From Marmoricola sp. (GTDB lineage: Bacteria; Actinomycetota; Actinomycetes; Propionibacteriales; Nocardioidaceae): a DNA stretch of 16,261 bases. The notes beneath the pieces were generated by a model that was given only the letters and a program-made list of their open reading frames with translations, did not search any database and was not told where the DNA came from. Shown in pieces: positions 9,231 to 16,261 of this stretch. Numbering within the stretch: the stretch's first letter is position 1; each line of letters opens with the position of its first letter. Made by a program: the position numbers and the translations under genes. The DNA lies in assembly GCA_025964795.1 (NCBI GenBank), contig JAOPYC010000095.1, positions 1 to 16,261 of the forward strand. The letters run 5' to 3'.

Positions 9231-10502
9231 CTAGGCCTCGGACGGCGGGAACCGGTCGGGGTGCGCCACCCGGACCACCTCCCCGATCACGATGATCGCC
9301 GGCGGCAGCACGCGTTCGGCCGTGATCGTCTCAGCCAGGCTCCCGAGCGTGGCCAGCACGGTGCGCTCGGTCGGCATGGTGCCGTCGCAGACGATCCCCA
9401 CGGGGGTCCCCGCCGGGCGGCCGCCGCGCAGGAGCACCTCGGCGATCATCGGCGCGTTCTCCACCGCCATCATCAGCACGATGGTGCCGCGCAGGTTGGC
9501 CAGGGCACCCCACTGCACCAGCGACTCGGGGTGGCCGGGCGGCAGGTGACCGGAGACGATCGTCAGGTCGTGGGTGACGCCGCGGTGCGTGACCGGGATG
9601 CCAGCGGCCGCGGGAACCGCGAGCGGGCTGCTGATCCCAGGGATCACGCTGACCTCGACCCCCGCCGCCCGGCAGGCGAGGACCTCCTCGTAGCCGCGGC
9701 CGAAGACGAAGTTGTCGCCGCCCTTGAACCGCGCCACCCGGCGCCCGGCCAGGGCGGCGTCGACGATGATCGTGTTGATCTGCTCCTGCGTGGTCGAGCG
9801 GCCGCGCGGCAGCTTGGCCACGTCGATGATCTCGGTGTCGGACGGGAGCTCGGCGAGCAGCTCGCGGGGCGCGAGCCGGTCGGCCACCACCAGGTCGGCC
9901 TCCATCAGCGCCTTGCGCCCGGCCACGGAGATCAGCTCCGGGTCGCCCGGGCCGCCGCCGACGAGGACCACGCCGGGTGTGCTTGGCACGTCGTGGTGGC
10001 GGGAGGCCACCGAGCCCTCGCGCATCCCGGCGACGATGTCGTCGCGGACCCCGGCCGAACGACGGGGGTTGCGGTCCGCGGCCGAGCTGCCCATCACGGC
10101 GACGGTCACGCCGGCGTGGCTGCCCACGGCGGGGGTGAACGCGGTCGCGGCGTAGGCGTCGTCGGCGCGCACGCAGAAGATCCGCTGCTGCTCGGCCAGC
10201 ACGCTGATCCGCTCGTTCACCTCGGTGTCGTCGGTGGCCGCGAGCACGTACCACGCGTCGTCGAGGTCGACGTCGGCGAAGCCGCGCCGGACCCAGGTGA
10301 TCTCTCCCGACCCGACGAGTCCCTCGATGGCGGGCGTGACCTCCGGCGAGACGAGGAGCACGACGGCGCCGGCCGCGATCAGGGTCGGCACCCGGCGCTG
10401 GGCGACGTTGCCCCCGCCGACCACGAGGACCTTGCGCCCGGCGAGGCGGAGGCCGGTCGGGTAGGTGGGGAAGTCGCCGGGAGGATGAGGGTGGGGTGTC
10501 AC
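9231..10502 (-). CDS. cysG: Multifunctional siroheme synthase (precorrin-2 dehydrogenase / sirohydrochlorin ferrochelatase N-domain fused to uroporphyrinogen-III C-methyltransferase)
   Basis: N-domain Rossmann signature [29 protein letters not shown], resembling mycobacterial CysG. C-domain SUMT motifs [22 protein letters not shown] and [18 protein letters not shown]. The ORF is open from TTG 10583. I chose GTG 10502 (8 residues before YPTGLRLAG would be ideal; this gives 16) because 10583 would overlap the ATG of the divergent PEBP gene at 10573. Confidence 0.85.
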   Translation of the reverse strand: MTPHPHPPGDFPTYPTGLRLAGRKVLVVGGGNVAQRRVPTLIAAGAVVLLVSPEVTPAIEGLVGSGEITWVRRGFADVDLDDAWYVLAATDDTEVNERISVLAEQQRIFCVRADDAYAATAFTPAVGSHAGVTVAVMGSSAADRNPRRSAGVRDDIVAGMREGSVASRHHDVPSTPGVVLVGGGPGDPELISVAGRKALMEADLVVADRLAPRELLAELPSDTEIIDVAKLPRGRSTTQEQINTIIVDAALAGRRVARFKGGDNFVFGRGYEEVLACRAAGVEVSVIPGISSPLAVPAAAGIPVTHRGVTHDLTIVSGHLPPGHPESLVQWGALANLRGTIVLMMAVENAPMIAEVLLRGGRPAGTPVGIVCDGTMPTERTVLATLGSLAETITAERVLPPAIIVIGEVVRVAHPDRFPPSEA

Positions 10503-10572
10503 GGGTCCATTGTGCGGACTGGGGGTGCCGGCCCCGTGCCGCGGGCCCACCCTGCGGACTATCTTCGGGCCC

Positions 10573-11100
10573 ATGACTCTCAACCGCCCCGTGCACCCCG
10601 ACCCCTACGACCTGCTCCCCCAGGTGCCGAGCTTCACCGTCACCAGCTCCGACGTGACCGACGGTGAGCCGCTGACGGGCGACCAGGTCAACGCCGAGGG
10701 CGACACCTCGCCCCAGCTGTCGTGGAGCGACGTGCCGGAGGGCACGCAGAGCTTCACGGTGACCTGCTTCGACCCCGACGCGCCGACCCCGTCGGGCTTC
10801 TGGCACTGGGTCCTGGTCGACCTCCCGGCCGACGTCACCTCGCTCGAGGCCGGTGCCGGGGCGGAGCGCGCAGACCTGCCCGGCAACGCCTTCATGTGTC
10901 GCAACGACGGCGGCAGCAAGGCGTTCATGGGGGCGGCCCCGCCCGAGGGTGACCAGGTGCACCGCTACTACTTCGTGGTGCACGCAGTGCGGGAGGAGTC
11001 CCTCGGCGTGGACTCCGACGCCTCCCCCGCGGTGGTCAGCTTCAACCTGGCCTTCAAGACCGCCGGCCGGGCGATCCTGCACGGGACCTACCAGCACTAG
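10573..11100 (+). CDS. YbhB/YbcL-family phosphatidylethanolamine-binding protein (PEBP, Raf-kinase-inhibitor-like)
   Basis: Bacterial PEBP motifs [15 protein letters not shown] and [10 protein letters not shown]. 175 aa from ATG 10573, typical for the family. The longer ORF from 10510 is probably upstream read-through. Confidence 0.85.
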   Translation: MTLNRPVHPDPYDLLPQVPSFTVTSSDVTDGEPLTGDQVNAEGDTSPQLSWSDVPEGTQSFTVTCFDPDAPTPSGFWHWVLVDLPADVTSLEAGAGAERADLPGNAFMCRNDGGSKAFMGAAPPEGDQVHRYYFVVHAVREESLGVDSDASPAVVSFNLAFKTAGRAILHGTYQH

Positions 11101-11215
11101 CTCCTACACTTGACTCGTTCCAGTTTGAGTGGTTGTGTCGAAGGGAACTTCGGAACCGGCTCGTCGAGCCCGTTTCCTTCACCGCACCACCCGGCAACCA
11201 ACCAGGAGTGAGCAC

Positions 11216-12805
11216 ATGCCAGAGCTGCCCCAGCCGTCCGACACCTCGATCGCGACCGCACCGTCGCAGGAGGCCGGTCTCGGGTCCACGACGGACACGG
11301 GTGCCCCGGCCCCGAGTGACCGCAACTCGCTGTCCATCGGTCCGGACGGGCCGATCCTGCTGCACGACGTGCACTTCCTGAACCAGATGGCGCACTTCAA
11401 CCGCGAGCGGGTCCCCGAGCGCAACGTGCACGCCAAGGGCTCCGGCGCCTTCGGTGAGTTCGAGACCACCGAGGACGTGTCGGCGTACACGAAGGCGGGG
11501 CTGTTCCAGCCCGGCGTGAAGACCGAGATGCTCGCGCGCTTCTCCACCGTCGCCGGCGAGCAGGGCTCCCCCGACACGTGGCGCGACCCTCGCGGCTTCG
11601 CGCTGAAGTTCTACACGAGCGAGGGCAACTACGACCTCGTCGGCAACAACACCCCGGTGTTCTTCATCCGCGACACGATGAAGTTCCCGCACTTCATCCG
11701 CTCGCAGAAGCGTCGCGGCGGCAGCGGCCTGCGCGACAACAACATGCAGTGGGACTTCTGGAGCCTCAACCCGGAGTCGGCGCACCAGGTGACGTACCTG
11801 ATGGGCGACCGCGGCATCCCGAGGACCTACCGGCACATGAACGGCTACGGCTCGCACACCTACCTGTGGATCAACGCGGCCGGAGAGAAGCACTGGGTCA
11901 AGTACCACTTCCACAGCAACCAGGGCGTCGAGGCCCTCTCCGACGACGAGGCCACCAGGATCGCCGGTGAGGACGCGGACTTCCACCGCCGCGACCTGCG
12001 CGAGGCCATCGACCAGGGTGACTTCCCGAGCTGGACGCTGTCCATCCAGGCGATGCCCTACGAGGACGCCAAGACCTACCGCTACAACCCGTTCGACCTG
12101 ACCAAGATCTGGCCGCACAGCGACTACCCGCTGATCAAGGTCGGCACGATGACGCTGAACAAGAACCCGGACAACTTCTTCGCGCAGATCGAGCAGGCCA
12201 GCTTCGCGCCGAGCTCCGTGGTTCCCGGCATCGGCTTCAGCCCCGACAAGATGCTGCTGGGCCGGGCGTTCGCGTACGCCGACACCCAGCGCTACCGCAT
12301 CGGGCCGAACTACCTGCAGCTCCCGGTCAACCGTCCCAAGGTCGAGGTGAACACCTACACCCAGGACGGCCCGATGGCCTACGAGCACCGCGGGGACGAC
12401 CCGGTCTACGCGCCGAACGCCTTCGGCCGTGGCTACGCCGACGAGGTGGGCGAGGTCGACGACAGCTGGGAGACCGACGGCGCCATGGTGCGCCAGGCCT
12501 ACACGCTGCGCGAGGCCGACGACGACTTCGGCCAGGCCGGCACGCTGGTCCGCGAGGTCTGGGACGACGAGATCCGCGCCAACTTCGTCAAGACCGTCGC
12601 CGGGCACCTGCTCGGCGGCGTCGAGGGCGACGTGCTCGAGCGAGCCTTCAAGTACTGGAAGAGCGTCGACTCCGACACCGGCAAGAAGATCGAGGAGCTC
12701 GTGCGCGAGGGCATCGACGCCGGCGCTCCCGGCGCCCAGCCGGGCGAGGCCAAGGAAGACGCCTCGTCCCCGGTCGTGGAGGACGCCACGCACGCGAGCC
12801 AGTAG
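11216..12805 (+). CDS. katA: Monofunctional heme catalase (small-subunit, clade 3 type), 529 aa
   Basis: Catalase active-site signatures [20 protein letters not shown] (distal His) and [12 protein letters not shown]. The proximal Tyr region ...[14 protein letters not shown] is also present. The ATG is preceded by AGGAG 8 nt upstream. The upstream in-frame extension to 11129 lacks an RBS and is disfavoured. Confidence 0.95.
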   Translation: MPELPQPSDTSIATAPSQEAGLGSTTDTGAPAPSDRNSLSIGPDGPILLHDVHFLNQMAHFNRERVPERNVHAKGSGAFGEFETTEDVSAYTKAGLFQPGVKTEMLARFSTVAGEQGSPDTWRDPRGFALKFYTSEGNYDLVGNNTPVFFIRDTMKFPHFIRSQKRRGGSGLRDNNMQWDFWSLNPESAHQVTYLMGDRGIPRTYRHMNGYGSHTYLWINAAGEKHWVKYHFHSNQGVEALSDDEATRIAGEDADFHRRDLREAIDQGDFPSWTLSIQAMPYEDAKTYRYNPFDLTKIWPHSDYPLIKVGTMTLNKNPDNFFAQIEQASFAPSSVVPGIGFSPDKMLLGRAFAYADTQRYRIGPNYLQLPVNRPKVEVNTYTQDGPMAYEHRGDDPVYAPNAFGRGYADEVGEVDDSWETDGAMVRQAYTLREADDDFGQAGTLVREVWDDEIRANFVKTVAGHLLGGVEGDVLERAFKYWKSVDSDTGKKIEELVREGIDAGAPGAQPGEAKEDASSPVVEDATHASQ

Positions 12806-12835
12806 TCCTGCGCGGAGGGGTTGGTCCTCGGCCGT

Positions 12836-12861
12836 CCCCTGGGGTGAGCTCACCCCAGGGG
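12836..12861 (+). terminator. Perfect 26-bp palindrome CCCCTGGGGTGAGC|GCTCACCCCAGGGG, 31 nt after the catalase stop; probable intrinsic terminator without a U-tract
   Basis: I verified by hand that the sequence is its own reverse complement (13-bp GC-rich stem around a GAGCTC centre). It lies between co-directional catalase and hydrolase genes. No T-run follows, as is common for actinobacterial terminators. Confidence 0.55.
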
Positions 12862-12882
12862 GCGGCGTGACAGGATCATCGC

Positions 12883-13815
12883 GTGCCTGAGAGGGATCTG
12901 CTGGGAGCGCCGTACACCCGGGAGACGCTGCGTCTGCGGCCCGATGCCGAGGGCGACGTCGTGGCGACCCTCGTCCACCGCCCGGCGGAATCGCCCACGG
13001 GCAAGGCCGTGCTGCACGTCCACGGCTACTGCGACTACTTCTTCCAGACTGTGGCCGCCGACTTCTGGGTGGCCAACGGCTACGACTTCTACGCGCTGGA
13101 CCTGCGCAAGTACGGCCGGTCGCTGCGCCCGCACCAGACGCCCAACTACGTCGCCGACCTCGGGACCTACTACGAGGAGCTCGACCTCGCCCACGAGCGG
13201 ATCGCGCGCGACCACGACCACCTGGTGTTTTCGGCCCACTCGACGGGCGGCCTCACCGTGCCGCTCTGGCTCAACGACCGGCGGCACCGTGCGGCGGGCG
13301 TGTTCCTGAACGCACCGTGGATCGACATGCACGGGGACGCGTTCACCCGGCTGCTGGCGATGCCGGCCATCCACCGGTTGGGCCGCTACCAGCCGATGCG
13401 GCCGATCCCGCGCGAGGTGAGCGGCGGCTACACCCGCAGCCTGCACCGCGACTTCGGTGGCGAGTGGGACTTCGACCTGGCCTGGAAGCCGGAGGGGTCC
13501 TGGCCGGTGTACGCCGGCTGGATCCGCGCCGTACGCATCGGGCAGGCACGCATCGAACGCGGGCTCGAGGTCGACGCTCCCGTGCTGCTGGTCAGCTCGG
13601 CCCGGACGGGCGACCCGAGCCTGGAGGCGGACGCGCACAGCTCGGACGTCGTGCTCGACGTGGAGCGGATGCGCCGCCGGGCCTCCCAGCTCTCGCGCCA
13701 CGTCACCATCGCCCAGGTCCCCGGCGCGCTCCACGACGTCACGCTCTCCCCCGAGCCGGCGCGCGGACAGGTCTTCGACGAGCTGCACAGGTTCCTGACG
13801 GCGTACGTCGGCTGA
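12883..13815 (+). CDS. Alpha/beta-hydrolase fold protein (lysophospholipase/esterase-like)
   Basis: The nucleophile-elbow pentapeptide HSTGG sits in FSAHSTGG, after an oxyanion-region HGYCDY. A late acid/His region (PGALHDVTL) follows. GTG start preceded by AGGA 7 nt upstream. Strong GC3 bias. Confidence 0.8.
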   Translation: MPERDLLGAPYTRETLRLRPDAEGDVVATLVHRPAESPTGKAVLHVHGYCDYFFQTVAADFWVANGYDFYALDLRKYGRSLRPHQTPNYVADLGTYYEELDLAHERIARDHDHLVFSAHSTGGLTVPLWLNDRRHRAAGVFLNAPWIDMHGDAFTRLLAMPAIHRLGRYQPMRPIPREVSGGYTRSLHRDFGGEWDFDLAWKPEGSWPVYAGWIRAVRIGQARIERGLEVDAPVLLVSSARTGDPSLEADAHSSDVVLDVERMRRRASQLSRHVTIAQVPGALHDVTLSPEPARGQVFDELHRFLTAYVG

Positions 13816-13832
13816 CCGCTAGCCTCTGGCCC

Positions 13833-14186
13833 ATGGATCCCATCACCGGCCTCGCCTTCGGCCGCATCGCCGTCGGCACCGTGTCCCTCGTCTCCCCCAA
13901 GCTCGCCGCCCGGCTGTTCCTGCTGGACGGTGCGGCCAACCCGGCACTGCCCTACCTGTCGCGGATGTTCGGCTCCCGCGAGATCGCCCTCGGAGGCCTG
14001 ACCCTGGTGGCCACCGGCGACGCCCGCCGGCGGCTGGTCCAGGTCGGCGTGGCCGTCGACGCGGCCGACGCCCTCACCGGCCTCACCGCCGCCGCCTCGG
14101 GTGCCGTGAGCAAGAAGGCCGGCATCGCCCTCGCGGTCGTGGCCGCCGCCGCGATCGCCAACGGGGTCGTCGGCCTCCAGGACTGA
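13833..14186 (+). CDS. Small hydrophobic protein, 117 aa, DUF4267-like
   Basis: ATG 13833, 17 nt after the hydrolase stop. Nearly every codon ends in G/C. Predicted helices are GLAFGRIAVGTVSLV and GIALAVVAAAAIANGVV. It corresponds to the only coding-like part of the long track ORF 13317-14186; the rest of that ORF overlaps the hydrolase out of frame. Confidence 0.55.
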   Translation: MDPITGLAFGRIAVGTVSLVSPKLAARLFLLDGAANPALPYLSRMFGSREIALGGLTLVATGDARRRLVQVGVAVDAADALTGLTAAASGAVSKKAGIALAVVAAAAIANGVVGLQD

Positions 14187-14190
14187 CGCC

Positions 14191-14952
14191 TCAGAGGAGA
14201 AAGGTGAGGAGGGCGACGACGCCGACCACCACGATCACCGCGCGGAGCACGGTGGCCGGGAGGCGGCGGCCCACCGTGGCGCCGATCTGACCACCGATCA
14301 CCGAGCCGAGGGCGATCAGGCCCGCCACCCGCCAGTCCACGTCCGCGACGACGATGAAGATCACGGCCGCGACCCCGTTGACCAGCATGGCCAGCACGTT
14401 CTTGGTGGCGTTGTGCCGTTGCATCGTGTCGGCGACGCCGATGCCGAGGATGCCCATCAGCAGGACGCCCTGGGCGGCGCCGAAGTAGCCGCCGTACACC
14501 CCGGCCAGGGCGACAGCCGGCCACACCCACCAGACGCCCTGCTCGGCCATCCCGCCACGGGCCTCCGCTCGCGCGGCCACCCGGCGCGAGATGCGCGGGC
14601 CGACGACGACCAGCAGGCAGCCGAGCAGGATCAGCACTGGCACGATCGCGTCGAAGGCGGCCGAGGGCAGCCACAGCAGCAGCAGCGCGCCGAGGACGCC
14701 GCCGAAGAGCGAGGCGCTGCCGAGCCGGACCAGCCGGGCCCGCTGCCCCACCAGCTCGGCGCGGTAGCCGATCGCCCCGGAGAGCGAGCCCGGCACCAGG
14801 CCGACCGTGTTCGAGACGTTGGCGGTCACGGGCGGGATGCCGAACGCCAGCAGGGTCGGGAACGTGATCAGCGTTCCCGATCCCACCACGGTGTTGATGG
14901 TTCCGGCCGCCACGCCTGCGAGCAGGATGGCGACGACCTCGAACAGGCTCAC
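14191..14952 (-). CDS. TauE/SafE (TSUP, DUF81) family membrane permease, putative sulfite/organosulfonate exporter
   Basis: Multi-pass membrane protein, 253 aa, with an internally duplicated 4-TM pattern and Gly-rich helices (AGVAAGTINTVVGSG; VYGGYFGAAQGVLLMGILG), typical of TSUP/TauE. The GTG start overlaps the stop of the upstream SPFH gene (GTGA). Confidence 0.85.
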   Translation of the reverse strand: MSLFEVVAILLAGVAAGTINTVVGSGTLITFPTLLAFGIPPVTANVSNTVGLVPGSLSGAIGYRAELVGQRARLVRLGSASLFGGVLGALLLLWLPSAAFDAIVPVLILLGCLLVVVGPRISRRVAARAEARGGMAEQGVWWVWPAVALAGVYGGYFGAAQGVLLMGILGIGVADTMQRHNATKNVLAMLVNGVAAVIFIVVADVDWRVAGLIALGSVIGGQIGATVGRRLPATVLRAVIVVVGVVALLTFLL

Positions 14953-16142
14953 GGGCGGGCGGGGGCCTCACCTGTCGGGTCGCCCGGGTCGGACTCCGGC
15001 GGCGTCGGGGGTGCGGATGAGTCGACCGGTGGCTCGGGGTCGACGGGCGGCTGGAGGTCGAGGGGCGGAGCCGTGCCCGGTCGACCGCCGGCCGAGGCAG
15101 CCGACTCCTCGGCCGCCCGGATCGCCTTCTGCACCTCTTCGTGGGCGCTCGAGAGCGACGAGTCCGGGGTGGTCGGCGGCTCGATGGTGGGGATGTCGAC
15201 GCGCTTGAGCGGGCCGTCGGTCCTGTGCGGGATCCCCGCGACCTCATGGACGGCCGAGCCGAGGCCCTCGAGCGCCTTGGTGATCTCGGAGGGCACCACC
15301 CAGACCTTGTTGGCCGACCCCTCGGCGATCTTGGGCAGCATCTGGAGGTACTGGTAGGCCAGCAGCGCCTGGTCCGGCTGGCCGTCGTGGATGGCCTGGA
15401 ACACCGTCTGGATCGCCTGTCCCTCACCTTGGGCCTTGAGGATCGCGGCCTCCCGGTTGGCCTGCGCACGCAGGATCAGCGCCTCGCGGTCACCTTCGGC
15501 CGAGAGGATCGCGGCCTGCTTGTTGCCCTCCGCGGTGAGGATCGACGACTGCCGCTGGCCCTCGGCGGTGAGGATGACCGCGCGCTTGTCACGGTCGGCC
15601 AGCATCTGCTTCTCCATCGAGTCCTTGATGGAGGGCGGCGGGTCGATGCCCTTGATCTCGACGCGACCGACGCGGATGCCCCAGCGTCCGGTGGCCTCGT
15701 CGAGCACGCCCGACAGCCCGCGGTTGATGTCCTCGCGCGAGGTCAGCGTCTGCTCCAGGGTCATGCCGCCGACGATGTTGCGGAGCGTGGTCATGGTCAG
15801 CTGCTCGATGGCCTTGATGTAGTCCTGGGCCTCGTACGCGGCACGCACCGGGTCGATGACCTGGAAGTAGATGACCGAGTCGATGTTGACCATCAGGTTG
15901 TCCTCGGTGATCACCCCCTGCGGCGGGAAGGGGACCACGTGCTCCCGCATGTCGAGGTTGTAGCGGACCTTGTCCAGCACCGGCACGACCAGGTGCGGTC
16001 CGGGCTCCAGGGTGCGCTTGAACTTGCCCAGGCGCTCCACGATCCCCACCCGCTGCTGCCGCACCACCTTGACGGCGTTCACGATGAAGAAGATCACCGC
16101 CAGCGCCACCACCAGGCTCACGACCAGAGAGGCCATATCCAT
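14949..16142 (-). CDS. SPFH/band-7 (stomatin/prohibitin-like) membrane protein with N-terminal TM anchor and Pro-rich disordered C-terminal tail
   Basis: N-terminal TM (LVVSLVVALAVIFFIV). The SPFH core (VRQQRVGIVERLGKF...VPFPPQGVITEDNLMVNIDSVIYFQVIDP...) is followed by a coiled-coil repeat region (AVILTAEGQRQSSILTAEGNKQAAILSAEGDREALILRAQANREAAILKAQGEGQA). Then comes a PPVDPEPPVD... tail. ATG start at 16142. Confidence 0.9.
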   Translation of the reverse strand: MDMASLVVSLVVALAVIFFIVNAVKVVRQQRVGIVERLGKFKRTLEPGPHLVVPVLDKVRYNLDMREHVVPFPPQGVITEDNLMVNIDSVIYFQVIDPVRAAYEAQDYIKAIEQLTMTTLRNIVGGMTLEQTLTSREDINRGLSGVLDEATGRWGIRVGRVEIKGIDPPPSIKDSMEKQMLADRDKRAVILTAEGQRQSSILTAEGNKQAAILSAEGDREALILRAQANREAAILKAQGEGQAIQTVFQAIHDGQPDQALLAYQYLQMLPKIAEGSANKVWVVPSEITKALEGLGSAVHEVAGIPHRTDGPLKRVDIPTIEPPTTPDSSLSSAHEEVQKAIRAAEESAASAGGRPGTAPPLDLQPPVDPEPPVDSSAPPTPPESDPGDPTGEAPARP

Positions 16143-16147
16143 TGCTG

Positions 16148-16261
16148 CTACCCGTCTTTCCCATTGTCGTTCCGTCGGTCCCGGGCCGGGGGGTCCAGCG
16201 TCGGCTCCGGGATCGCCACCGGCACCCGGAGCGGACCCGTCACGGCAGGGCTTCGTGCTTG
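16148..16261 (-). CDS. 3' end of an upstream gene running off the window (partial); possibly an NfeD-family partner of the SPFH protein
   Basis: The minus-strand frame is open from the window edge to a TAG at 16150-16148, 5 nt before the SPFH ATG. It translates to ...QARSPAVTGPLRVPVAIPEPTLDPPARDRRNDNGKDG*. The NfeD guess rests only on the common NfeD-SPFH operon arrangement. Confidence 0.3.
   Translation of the reverse strand, partial: QARSPAVTGPLRVPVAIPEPTLDPPARDRRNDNGKDG

Noticed and set aside
9207-11097. ORFs 9207-10667 (+, 486 aa) and 9331-11097 (-, 588 aa)
   Set aside because: They are antisense or out-of-frame to cysG and the PEBP gene. They are extremely Arg/Gly/Pro-rich, whereas the cysG and PEBP frames show specific family motifs.
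11143-11175. Possible SigH/SigR-type (GGAAC ... GTT) oxidative-stress promoter upstream of catalase
   Set aside because: GGGAAC at 11143-11148 and GGAAC at 11152-11156 give spacings of about 22-23 and about 15 nt to the GTT at 11172. Neither matches the 16-19 nt window required, so I do not call it.
11054-12853. 599-aa minus-strand ORF
   Set aside because: It is exactly antisense to the catalase gene. The catalase frame has unmistakable active-site signatures.
13952-15469. 505-aa minus-strand ORF starting MRRPTGRPRSSRPK...
   Set aside because: It is out of frame across the TauE and SPFH genes. The composition is dominated by Arg/Pro/Ser, and it has no start context.

Overview
High-GC (about 70%+) actinobacterial chromosomal segment, with near-exclusive G/C in third codon positions of the real genes. 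It reads as conserved core-genome backbone. I see no integrase, transposase, CRISPR array, toxin-antitoxin pair or recognisable defence genes. Gene order, with strand: tRNA-Leu(GAG) (-) with its own hairpin terminator; GuaB1-type IMPDH-family protein (-); galactokinase (+); a 2-TM hypothetical membrane protein (-); a FadE23/FadE24-like pair of acyl-CoA dehydrogenases (-); peptide deformylase (+); a soluble tandem-PAS histidine kinase (-); TrmH/SpoU RNA methyltransferase (-); CysG-type siroheme synthase (-); PEBP/YbhB-family protein (+); monofunctional heme catalase (+); alpha/beta hydrolase (+); a small DUF4267-like membrane protein (+); TauE/SafE (TSUP) permease (-); an SPFH/band-7 stomatin-like protein (-); and the 3' end of a further upstream gene, possibly NfeD, running off the window (-). 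Many long ORFs in the six-frame track are antisense or out-of-frame artefacts of GC-rich coding DNA (Arg/Pro/Gly-rich translations) and were rejected. Things worth a second look: a recent in-gene tandem duplication of about 384 bp encoding a whole PAS domain in an orphan sensor kinase; an AT-rich perfect palindrome in the divergent fadE24/def promoter region; a 26-bp perfect palindrome terminating the catalase gene without a U-tract; structured elements in the catalase leader; a GTGA-coupled SPFH-TauE gene pair; overlapping divergent starts of guaB1 and galK; and a 67-bp convergent overlap of def with the kinase. I could not identify a clear novel multi-gene system. The most system-like candidates are the (NfeD?)-SPFH-TauE membrane module and the tightly packed cysG-trmH-PAS kinase operon.
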